Shown: positions 13,445 through 25,100 of the stretch, piece by piece
Layout: the number at the start of each line of letters is the position of its first letter
Position numbering within the stretch: the stretch's first letter is position 1
Source of the DNA: Amoebophrya sp. A120
Lineage: Eukaryota; Protista; Dinoflagellata
Length of the DNA stretch: 64,000 nt
NCBI GenBank assembly: GCA_905178155.1
Contig: CAJINV010000007.1
Coordinates: 2,523,151 to 2,587,150 of the forward strand
Direction of reading: 5' to 3'
Translations under genes and position numbers: made by a program
The notes under the pieces: model-generated
Seen by the model: the letters and a program-made list of their open reading frames with translations, nothing else
Databases searched by the model: none
What the model was told of the DNA's origin: nothing

Positions 13445-16400
13445 TCACGGCGGTCTAAAAGTGTCGTACCAGAGGGAAAACGGTCCGCCGTCGCCCACCA
13501 GCAAGTTGGTCTCGTCAGCGTGATCGAAGGCCGTTCGGCGCAGCATCTGCAGCATGTCCCTGCTCGCCGTTGGGTCGGTACTGAACGCGAGCGACCGGAT
13601 GTGTTGCAGACACTGCAGGAGGGGCAGGGAAAAGATCAAAAAGTAGAGAAGAACTTCCAGCACGAAGGAAATTCTGGCGGTTCTTGGCATTGTCAAGGTT
13701 CTTGCTGCTCCTACAACTGCCACGCCACCGTTTGATACGTTGCTGTCCCGGCCGAGCCTTGTTTTGAACAGGTACCCAAACCAGCAAAGCGCCACTTGCG
13801 CGCCGAAGACAAACATGACGAAAACGACCCAGGCAAGTAACACGGCAACTGTGCGCACTTGCTGGATCTGGAACCCGTTGTTGGTGTGTAGCGTCAGGAT
13901 GTGCTGCCCGTGGTCTTTACAAGCGTCCACGTTGAACATGCTGGAGGGCTATCCACAATAAATCGAGTTATTGATGTTGTTCCCGCACACGTACAAATTC
14001 AAATCAATGCTGCCTCAGGCTCTGCATGACAAAACTCTTCTTGAATGCTAGTCAACATGTTGAGAAGTTCGAAGCTGTTCAAGTGTTACGCTCTTCTGAG
14101 TTACATAAATAATTTGTGACGCATTTTTCTTTCATCTTTGCATTTACATTTTGTAGGTGTACAACTATACAACTGCAATAATTTTTTTGTACTGCCTAAG
14201 TGGAAGCTGAAGGTCGGTGGCGGACTGCCAGGCTCTCCGTCCAGATCGTCGTTTTCGTACGCAAGAATGGTCACGCACTCCCCGTAAAACAGCTGCACGG
14301 TTTCGAAGATCAGCATGATTAGCAGGGAGTACGGCGCCGCGAGTTTCTGTGCGAGCAGGAGGAGTTGCAGGTTCGACACAGGGAAGTAGGAGGAGGGTTT
14401 AGCGCTTCTGTTCCTTGCCCCGGCATCATCATCCGGGTCACCGTCACCCCCACCGCTCCTGTAGTTTGTTTCTTCGCTATCTTCCGGATTGTACCCTGTA
14501 ACCGGGTTGTCCGCGTCCGGTTTTCCCGCCGGTTGCTCCATCTCCGTAGTTCCCTGGGGTGCCATCGCATGTTGTCCCTCCACGGCTTTATTCTCGCCAG
14601 CAGAACCAGCCTTCTGCTTCGAAGCTGTAGCACCAGGATGGTGCTCGTGCTCCTGCAGATACTGCTTCTCCACGTCGTCGGGGCTGACGTTCGCGCTGGA
14701 AGGAATCCCGGGGCGGGAAACCAAGTCCATGGAGTGCCCACCGCCCGAACCATCCGAACCGGGCATCTCGTCGGACGAGGGCGGCGCGCTGCCGAGGTCG
14801 TTTTCGTTGCCAGAAGATGAATGCGGCTCGTCGTCAATTTGATCCCCACCGTCGTTGTATTCCTCAACTGGCGTAGTACTTGAGATGATCCCACCACCGC
14901 GCTCGTCGTTGTAAAAATCGCTGCCAGAATCACTCGCAGCTGCTCCACCTGATTGCAGTGCAGATGGAAGATGATGGCTAGCGGCTCCTGGACTCCGTCG
15001 CGCTACACTTCGCTGCCGTTTTGTAGATGTTCCCGCTGCACCAGAAGCTTGTCTTTCACGATTTCCCCTCTCCGCATCGACGAAATCCCCATCAAGATCT
15101 TGAGCTGGCGCGCTACTCTTGACCGAAACGGCCGCAAACACCGCAATCGGCACGAGGCCGGAGAAGAGAAACCCCACAGCGGGTAGTAAATACCACAACC
15201 CGCGAAGAATTTGTTCGTTGATGGGCATAATCCCCGGGATCAAAAACACGTTTCCGTAATCCGCCGTCGGGATCCAGGGTGAGTAAATCCGGTTCGGATT
15301 ATGCAATACAAATTTCCAGAACATGCACACGTACAAAATACATCACAAGAAGTTTCGCTAACTTTGTTCATCGTAAAAACTACCACGACTCGTCATGCGA
15401 ACCAGGGTCGAAGGCAAGCTTTGTCATGCGGAAATCGCATTGCTTGTGCGTGTACGGTAAATTGAGATTTACTGTGGATACGGGTACTCCGCGAACAACA
15501 GACCACACCCGATCAGGACCGAGCACACAGACCAGAGTTGGAAGCGTTTTGTCGTTTTCGATTTGATCAGCACGGTGCTGTTAATCGTTCCGACCCGTTC
15601 GAATTCGGCCAGGAATCTGGAACGGGACGGATCTTCATCTGCTGCAACTAACGCTGGTAGGTTTCCAGCAGTCATCCTTGTTCCTCGAAACCTAGCCGAC
15701 CCGAACACCAGCAAACAGGGCCCGAAGATTAGGCCGAAGAGGACAGTCAAGCTGATTAGCAAGACGATCACGAGCGTGACACCGTCCTTCTGGAAACCTT
15801 CCTTCATCAGCAACGTGCTCATCGTCATTGCATTTTCCTCGTCCATGATGGACCGCTGTTGGATTCGCCGCAGGACGAGGGGAAGGTGTTCGCGCAGAGC
15901 CGTCTTGTTCCGGACCAAATAGTTTCTCTCCGTCCACGCGGGGTCTTTCACGATGTACTTGAAACCCGGTGTACCCTGCAGCCGCTCCTCCTCTTCCAGC
16001 TGAGCCTTAATCTTCATCGCGTCCGGGGGCGTTCTCTATCACAAGAAAAGTCGTGCTTCAATACGTTATTAACGGCATTCGGCCGGCAGCAGCGCAGGCA
16101 TGCAAAAGCAGACTGAAATTTGTATGTGTGCTAGGTATATTTTGAATTTGTCACGAAAAAGAATCATTTTGTGCAATAAAACTGCTATTCATCTGTGTTC
16201 AACAGCACTTTTCTGTGTGATATTTTCCTGCTCTCCCGCGGAATGGATTGCAGCTCTTGGGCCTCCAGCACGTCTAGCTGCGCCTTTAGCTTGCGGATTT
16301 GCTCGTCGATGGCTTTATTTTCCTTCTCCTTCTGCCTTTGCTCATCAAGCTCGTAGATGTCCTTAAACGCGTCGTTGATCATTGCGACATGTTCTTCAGT

Positions 16401-18479
16401 TGTCATCGGCTTCTTCTTCTTCTTTTGATTTGTGTGTGCACCACCGGATTTTGTGGTTGGTCTGTCCGAAGAAGTTTCCTGCTTGCTACCTCCGGTCGGG
16501 GTGGATTTTTGCGGCTGCGACAATGGCAGCGGCGTAACGGGGCTTGGTGTGGAAGTAGTTGTTTGTCTCTGCAGGCTGGTAAAATCTACTTCCTTGTTCC
16601 CGGAGGTAGTTGTGTCCGTTGGTGGTCCGGTCGGGGTTGGCGTGCTCGTCATCATGAAGTTCTTGTCAACATCTACTTCTTCGCTGGAGGGTGTACTACC
16701 AGCCGCAGTCGACGTTACTTCACCCTGCCTCAATGTTCTTTGTGGCAGATCATCTGCCATCGGCCCTTCGTGCGACGTCTCGTCAGGACGAGAAGACAGT
16801 GCGGAGTTTGCGCCGGATGCTGCAGCCGGGGTGCCCGCACTACCTGCGCCCCCGTTGCCGTGGCCAGCGGTCTCACCGAGAAGTGGATCTCCTCCTGCGG
16901 GCTCTTGCAATTCCAATTGTTGTTCTCTCGAAACGTCTGGCGAGAAAAGAAAAGGCGCCGGCTCCTGGAGGGATGCAGAACGGTCAGCCACAGAATCAGT
17001 AAAAGCGCCTTCTTCATCACGCTCCTCCGGCAGCACTCGTGGTGCACCAATGTCCGCCAGTGGTAGCGGTGGACCGCGGCCATCTGGTGATGTTGAAAAT
17101 AACGGTAGAGAAGTTCTCGTCGCAGGAGCGGCTGTAGATGATGCAGCGCCTTGTCTTGGCGCCGGTAGTTGCGGCTGTCCTCGTCCTCGTCCCCGTTGGG
17201 CCGCAGTTTGCGGGGTGCTTGTCTCTGACGCGTGCCCATGCGCTTGCGTGTAGTAGCCTGGGTCGTACCGTGGCGCGAATTTCGGCGGGTTGTTCGACAC
17301 TTTCTCTCGGTGCTCCTGTCGTCTGCGCCGCGCAATCTTCACATCCTCCTCCGCCTGCAGTTCCAACCGTCTCTCCCGTGCTAGCCGCTGTTTCTCTTCC
17401 AGCAATTGCTTTTTTTCCTGCTCTAATTCGATTCGTTCTTGCTCAAGTTGCTCGCTTTCGCGTGCGAGCTGCTGCGTCTCTTGCTCCTGTTCTACTTGCC
17501 GATTTTGATTCTCTTCTTGTTCCAGTTCGATAAACATGGACTTGCCGCCTACTTTCTTGCTCTTCGCCGCCTTCTGGCTTTCCAGGTGGCTGCTGTCCTC
17601 ACGAACACCCCGCTCCTGCTCCCGCAATTTACTTTCGAACTCCCTCTCCATCGCCTGCTCTTGAAGTTGAATCAGCCGCACTTCATCCATGCTCGATTGC
17701 GCGAACTGCTTGTCTTGGAGTTGCTCCTTTTTCATCTCCGCGTCCAGCTCCAGTAGTTCGCGTTCGTGTTTTGCTTTCTTCAACTCGTCCAGAGACCACT
17801 TCGTTGCTTCTTCCCGTCGGTGCTCCTCGGCAAGTTTTCTTTCCAACAGCATAGTTTGCTCTTCCGCGATATCGAGAAAGGATGCTTGTTGGGGAAGAAG
17901 TCGTGGTAGCCCCGCTGAAGCAGACGAAGGAGGAGGTCCAACATCTTCTCTTGCACCTCCAGGACGACCTGCATCATGATGGTTGTATTGGTCATTTACA
18001 TTTTCCTGGTTATCGCCCTGGCCGCCAATGAGGTAGTAGTCCTCATAACTGGTCGAAGGTGCCGCGCCATTGGTTTCATCGGGTGGAGTCGAAGACGCAT
18101 AGGAGTTCTTGGAAAAATTAGGTCGATCAAAATAACCATAATTGTCGTCACTTGCAGTCTGCTCCGGCGCTGGTGCAGAGAGTCCTCGCAGATTTCCCCT
18201 CTTTGTTCGCGGACTGTAGGCCACCACGATTGTTTGTGTTCGTTTTCCTCCGTCATTAGCGAAGAAGAGAAAGACGTGAAGTAGGAATGCCAGAACATGG
18301 CGTATTGGAAGGGAGGATGAAGGCATGATCCTCATATTCGACGCTTTTTGAAAGTTGAGGGCAATAGCTGTTGTAGTCGTACAACTCAAAGAGCGGACAT
18401 TATCAACATACATTCTCCAACAGTTTTCGCTTCGTGCTGAAGAAAACGCTTTCACTCCGTCGAGGTCGAATTTTACCAT
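13445..18479 (-). CDS. multi-pass membrane protein (paralog 2) with long low-complexity/coiled-coil N-terminus, 4 exons
   Basis: ORFs 16185-18479, 15469-16017, 14101-15336 and 13445-13939 join in frame (ESRKTPPDAMK, AEYPNRIY, FHSSMFN); shares YP..IY..WIP, WY..PAVGF, QLFYGECV, ISF..EVLL and W.DTF with paralog 1; true start may be a downstream Met before the signal-like segment. Confidence 0.7.
13945..14198. mobile_element. degenerate TIR introner (254 nt)
   Basis: TIR tatccacaataaatcgagttattgatgttg / rc taggcagtacaaaaaaattattgcagttg; TSD agggc/agtgg; removal restores frame and matches the paralog (FHS). Confidence 0.65.
15295..15480. mobile_element. TIR introner, family E (186 nt)
   Basis: left end tatgcaatacaaatttcc (identical to rc of the end at 27776); TSD cggat/cgggt; removal restores frame. 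Confidence 0.75.
16032..16222. mobile_element. TIR introner, family D (191 nt)
   Basis: TIR tatcacaagaaaagt / rc tatcacacagaaaagt; TSD ttctc/ttttc; removal restores frame. Confidence 0.8.
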
Positions 18480-19149
18480 CTCATAAATAAAGCGGTGAAG
18501 GACAGATCCAGAGAAGTACGGCAGAGATAGATTGCATTTGTTATCTACTTTCTTTCATCTTGCGAGAAAAACGATCCAACGATGGGAGTATCAACGATGG
18601 ACAACACAACCCCGAGCGAATGCGAATAAATAAACGCGATTCATCAATCATCGATTTTTACCTTGATGAGGACCTAAGTCAATACCGAGACCTTTGGTCG
18701 TGGGGTTACGCGACTATTTTTACCTCACCTCTCCTGCGTCCTGGTGATGCCTCGACAAGACTCACTCTTGAACCATTTCGACCGATTGCGATTACGAATC
18801 CGATTGCTAAATACCTCCCGTCGACGATTTTTACGAATGTTGCAGAGAGAAAACCTAAAACGGAGGTCGTGGTTTCTTCAATGCTTCGCTGGCAGACATT
18901 GAATCATTGTTCGAATTTTAGGCGATACTTGCTTTTTCCTCAATCTGCGTTTTGGTCGTTTCCTGGTGACCAGGAAGTCGTAGTTGCATCTATTTCTAGT
19001 TCAGCAGCCCGAGTCCAAGATAGAAATCAAAGGTGTCCTCGTCTAGAAGTATGAGTATCTTCATTCAAATTCAACCTTTTCACGACACCTTCTTCTATCT
19101 TCCACAAGAAGATGTGCTAGCGCTTAGCTCATAGTCAGAAGTGAATCAA

Positions 19150-22100
19150 TCATGCGTCTTCCACTTTCTCTTCCGTCCCACCGCCCTTCTCCTCCTCCGC
19201 ATCCCCGACTGCAGACCCGCTGACTGACACCGACTTCACCACAACAGACGCTCCGATTCTTCCGCTTTCCGCCACGTTAGGACTACTACGACCAGCATCA
19301 TCTTTCGCAGTTTCCTCTGCCCTAACTTTTTCCAGATTCAGGAAATCAGGAATGTCAACCCGCTCCCCGTTCTCCACCTTCCTTGCCCATTCCTCCGTTT
19401 CGTTCAATTCCTTCGATTCCCGCTCGTTGTGCGCCTCAATTTCCCCCCTCATGATTCTTTGTTTTTCCAGATACTCTTCCCTCACCAGCTTGTAGAACTG
19501 TCTCCGCTCCTCCCGCGCGTCCAACTTCGCCTGCCGCTTTTCGACCCGAGCCTTCGCGTGTTCGTAGATGTAGTATTCGGCCATCGCGCGTTCCGTGCCG
19601 CGGAGATCCAGTTCCTCGTCGTACAACTTCCGTTCGATTTTGTGGCCCTTTTCCAGGTTTTCCTTGAACATGTCCTTCATCGCCGACACGTCCATCACCG
19701 AGTCGATTAACAGTTCCCCAGTCACGATGTCCCGCTTCGTGTCCTTCAACCGGCGGATCTTCACCTCTCGCGGTAGCATACACCGGGGGAATTTGTTCGC
19801 CTCCCGAACTTCCTTCAGGACGAAGCTGCTCAGGTGCTGCTTCTGCTCGTTCGTGATGTCGTTTGCGGTTATGAGGAAACACTGAATGCGGTCGGCTTTC
19901 AAGTTCGACGGGTGGCCTTTCACAACGCAGTCCTCCACGAACTCGTCAACCTGTTCATTTTTATTTTTGGAAATCGAAATCCTTCTCTTTTTCCCCAAAA
20001 AGATAAGATCTGCTGCACAGCAGGTTCCGGTCAGATGAAGTTTTCAGATTCATCTCCTCCCGTCCCAGAAGCCGAATTATAGCATGATTGATCAAACTGC
20101 AACTAACTGCATAAACTACTAAAGAAACACCACGACGTCAAGAACAAAGTGAAGAAATGATACAACAATATACCAAATTTTGTCCGTGTTGTGTTTTCCT
20201 CCACCTCTCTCGATCCCTTTTTAGTTGCCTTTCCCTATCACCCTTTGTCTGCAAGTTCATCATCATTCGCAGCCTGGTTTTCCATTTCCGCCCCACGATC
20301 CCCCTCCGGTTCCGATATTTCGGTGTCGCAGGTCCCTTGATCTTCGTACTACTGGTCTTTCCATCACCACCACTCGTGGATCCGCCGGTGGTAGTCCCTG
20401 CAGCTCCTGCGGTGTCTATTTCGTCTTCCGGATCATCTTCCAAAACGTTGTCAGGCTTGGGAATCCGTTTGGAAGCCAAGGACAAGACGAAGTTTTCGAT
20501 CTCCGCCGGGTAAAAGACCTGCGGAGTGGAGGTGACGTAGATCACCCGGTCGATGTTCCCCAGGAGCTGAATCGTCACGGGGGCACAGCTATGCGTTGCA
20601 AAACAAGTATCGCACTCGCAACAATTGCACCTAATCGCAATCATGCAAGACAAATCGCCTTCCCAAGCTAAATCAGCATGGCAAAGTCCATTTGTCATGC
20701 ATACCCGACTGCACCACATCAAAAACCTTTGCACCGTCGCCGCAAGCAGCTTCGGACGCAGGAGATCTAGGGTCAGAACCGCGAAAAAACATCGCGAGTA
20801 TTTCTTCATCCCCGGGCACTTATGTTATCTTTACCTTACTTCTCGCTAAGTCCATTTGTCATGCAAACCTAATTTGTATTGCAAGAATTGCTACTAGTTC
20901 TAGTACATGTACGAGACAACTTCTACAATGCATAAGAGGAAACGTGTTGCAGGGGCGGGAGAGACCTGAATTCCTCTTCCTCCGGACGGTCGTTCTGGAG
21001 AGCGGCGAGTTGTGGTTCCACTTCGGAGGATTTTTGCATTTGCTCGCTGACGGAAGCTCCTTGACCTTGGTCTTCATATTGCAAAATCGCCTTCTTTTTC
21101 TTATCCTCCATTAATCTTTTCTGCTTTGCCTTGAATTCCGCTCGTTCCGCCTTCCCCAGCAACCCACTCGCGTACTTTTTTAAGGCGGAGCTCCCGGGTA
21201 ACAGTTTCATCAACTTGTCCCCGATCACCAGAAACTGCTTCGGCAAGGGGTTGACCCCGATCTGTGCCAAAAACATCTCGATCCGCTTCTATCGTGAGAA
21301 AAAAGTGCTTCGCTGTAACTAAGTTTTTTGCAGGTTTTGCATCACAAGTTCGCTCTACATGACAGAGGAAATTTCATCCATGCAAGGTTCCTACAGGGAA
21401 AACGCAGGTGAAATAAATCCACTGTCTTGCATGTGACAAAGACAAGAAACACTACTTGTGACCTATATTTTCTGCCACCTTACATACAAGTTTACAGTGA
21501 AACAGTTTTTTCTGGCGATAGCTTCCACTGCAACTGCAGCGGGGTCAACGCCGACAAGTACACCGGCTGTGTCGGATTCCGGACGATGCACTGCATCAGC
21601 TTCGTCGAATTCGCGGACCGTAGCGCGTCGTCTCGTGCTAGCCCCAAAGCGGTTTCCTTGATCAAACAATCCGCAACGCCTTGCACCACCACGTTGCAGG
21701 ATTTCTTCTTCTTCGAAACACTGATCGCCTGCTTCTGCGGGGAACAGTACGTCGTGTAGGAGGTGGAGTGGTAGGGGGTGGCGATGGTCGAAGTTGATGT
21801 CCTTGCTCCCGTAATTGTTGTAGTACAACCACCTACGGAGGCCTTGGACGGGCTTTGTCTAGGATGAGTACTTGTTGCGGCACTACTGAAAGCAGTTCTT
21901 TTACTCGGAGATGAGAACGGCGTCGGTTTCTGCTCTGGTACTTCCTTGTCCTTCCTACCACTGCCTTTCAACGAGGTCAAAAACCCGCCAACGCCACCCT
22001 TCGAGGACGCAGATTTATTTTTTCCGGGTGATGACAGAAACGACTTCTCCGCAATCGCTTTCGCGGTGTTCCGGTTTTCCGCGTATTCGAGCGCCTTCGC

Positions 22101-25100
22101 GACGTCTTCATCCGCCTTGTCATACAAGCAGTGGTAAAACTGCCTCCGCGGACTCGTCGCTCGTTTTTCCTCGGTGTTCCCAATGCCATCCAGGAAACTG
22201 GTCGTGCGCGCCGCCGTCTTCGCGCCGCCCCGGTCCAATTCCGGCAGGTTCAGATCGATCGACGCGATGGGCATCGAGGTCGTGTGCGCCGGGACGAAGA
22301 CTTCTGTATTGGGGCCAAGCATCAGAGACTTCTCCAACTCTTTTCGCTCGTTACTGTCAAAGGCGAAATTCTTCGGAAAGAAATACTCCAGCGACCCCGT
22401 GCCGGAAACGAGAATGTGCTTCTCGATGAACTGGTTCGCGATCTCCTCCTCTGGATTCTTCAACAGCTGCCAGTTCTTCTGCTGTTTAAACTGCTCTATT
22501 CTGTGCAAAAGTATCGCTTCGCATACTGCTCGTAGTAGAATTCTTGCATGACTTTGGTGGTCTACGGGCAGGAAATCCCGATGGCACATTCTTGCATGAC
22601 AGATTCGTTGTTTCTTCAATACCTTCATTTCCGGCATGAAAAACAGAACTGCAGTTTTGATGCTTTTCTTTTTGAGAAATTAAAATCAATAGTAAAACGA
22701 TGCGCCGGATGCTAGCTTTTATTGTACTGCATATGCTCCAAGACGGACTTCGTAACGTCAATGCGGCTCATTTCCTCGCCGAGGACCAGAACGTCCGCGA
22801 CGGTTCTCGCCGTTCGGGAATTGGCGCCGTAGAACTTGTTCTGGATCTTCTTGTCGTAAAGCGACCGCGCATGGGCGTACTTCGGTCCGCCGTGATTGAA
22901 GAAGCTGGCTTCGACGTTCTTCTTATCAAATGTAAAAATGTCTGGGTCTGGATCTGGAAGAATGCAGACTTGTCATGCAGGTTTTCCATGACCCATGAGG
23001 TCTGGTATGAAGGACATAGCATGACAGATTATGTGACAGTTCTATCATGCGTATCCTGCATGAGAAACTGCCTCTCGATTAGGTCAAAAGTGGCCGGCCA
23101 GCTTTTTGTAATCACGCAACACAAATTTTTGAATGATTCTGATTTAGCATGACAAGTTAGATTCTTCCAGACCCAGACATTTTTGCATTTCATACTTCTC
23201 CTCTTTCAGCAATCCGTAACGACTGTGTTTTGCCTCCCGTTTCTCTTTTTCCGTCCGCGGGGAGAAAGTTCTCGGGATCACCTCGTGCGCTCGTTTCTCC
23301 CCGACCACATCGTGCACGCGCACCGCCTTCGGCCGGGAAAAGTTCAGAATCGCGTTGCCCTCTTGGGTGCGCTCCAAGAGATCGTCGGCGGCCAGGCGGA
23401 GTTCGCCGGGACTGGGCGGGATTTCGTGATCGATGGCGGGGTTGATACTGTAGTTCTTTATTTGCGAAGATGTTGATGATGTCGCACTATTACTTGCATA
23501 AGCAGCTGCGTTGTTCCGGTCCAGCTGCACAGACGAATTGGCGGACGAAACCAGGTGGATCGAGTTCTGTGACGCGAAAGTGACGCCCTTGCTCTGCTGG
23601 TTTTGTTGTTCATCTCTCGACGTCCTCGAGATGGTCCGCTTCATGATTTCCGAACCACTTTGCTGTTTTTGTGGTCCTGGTGGTCCACCGGCTATCAGCG
23701 AGCTCTTCGCCGGTGAGTTCGACGCTGAGCTGACGTCTTTCACCTCTAGCGCGGGCAAGAAGCCTCCGTAGCGCGGTTTGGCTTTCGGATCCGGTTTTTT
23801 CAAAGTCTCCCCAGTGACTCCTGCGGATGCGGAGGACAGGTCCGCACCGGGATCAGTGGCAGCTAGTTCTTCGTGCTCCTTTGGCCGCGGCAGCGTCGGA
23901 TCCACCGACGACGTTGCTGGCATGACTTTATTTCTTGTCGATGTTTCAGCCGGACTGCGACTGGAGGGTCTCGTCGTGGTAGTTACAAGTACACCTGCCC
24001 TTATCTTCTCAGCAGCCGAAAAATGATCCTCCTCTGGTTCTTTGTTGTTCCCCTTCCTCACTGGGGACTCAATCCAACCCCTCTTCCGCTTCCTGTGCCA
24101 CGGGACCACTTCCCCCTGACTGTCGTCGCTGTCGACTGGGGACGGCGGTGGCACTGTTTTTTCACTTACAAAGACCTCCGCGGGCTGCACCCCGTCCAGC
24201 ACCGTCCAGGGCATCCGCGCGTTCTCCTCGTCGAGCAGCCGCTTCGTGACTTTGAAGATGACGCTTTCCAAGATCAAAACCGCTTTCTTCCGCTGCAACA
24301 ACATCGGGTCCTGCAGAATTTTCCCCGGGCACGACCTCCTTCGGGCGTAGTACAGCGGATCGAACAGCGTCGCGGTGCCCTTCTTCTTTTTCTTCTTCTT
24401 CACGTGCTGGCCTTTTTTCTTCGGTTTCGGCGATTTCCCCCCGTCCATCATCATCTGGTCCGCTAGGGAAACCGGCCCCGCGGGCGGTTTTGCCTCCTTC
24501 TTCGGCGTCTTCGCTTTTTTGGGTGTTTTCGGCCGATCGCCACCAGCCACGATTCTTCCCAAATCCACTCTGTGGTCCGCAGTATTCTCCTCTCCTGCTG
24601 GTCCTGCGTTGTTGTCCTCTTTGTCCGAACTTGGATCCAAAACGGTTTTCACGTAGTACATCTGTCTTTTCTGCACAACGTTCCGCGGCAATGGGTTGTC
24701 CACGCTCGTGAATTTCAACCTGCCCGGGCAGAGCTCCGCCAGTTTCAATTTTTCGAAATTCCGCCTCCTCCACAGCTGGCCAAACAAGTCGCATCTCTCG
24801 CTGCACTGGATCCTCTGCATGTGGATCAGCTCAAATTCCGTGGGTTTGAACTTCGCCATGTTGTGCTTCTTCATATCAGCTAAATTCCGGGCCCGCATGG
24901 TCATCTTCTGGAGCGTCGGGCTTGCGCACTGGAACTTCGTCGGTACGTGCTGTGCCGCGGCCGCGATCTCTTTTTCCGTCGGCGGTTTCTGGAGCCGGGC
25001 GGTCAGCGGGTCGAACTCCTTTTCTACTGGAGGGAGTTGTTCATGATCATGATCTCCACCAGCAGCTCTCTGTTCTGGATTCTTGTACCCCGCGGCTGTT

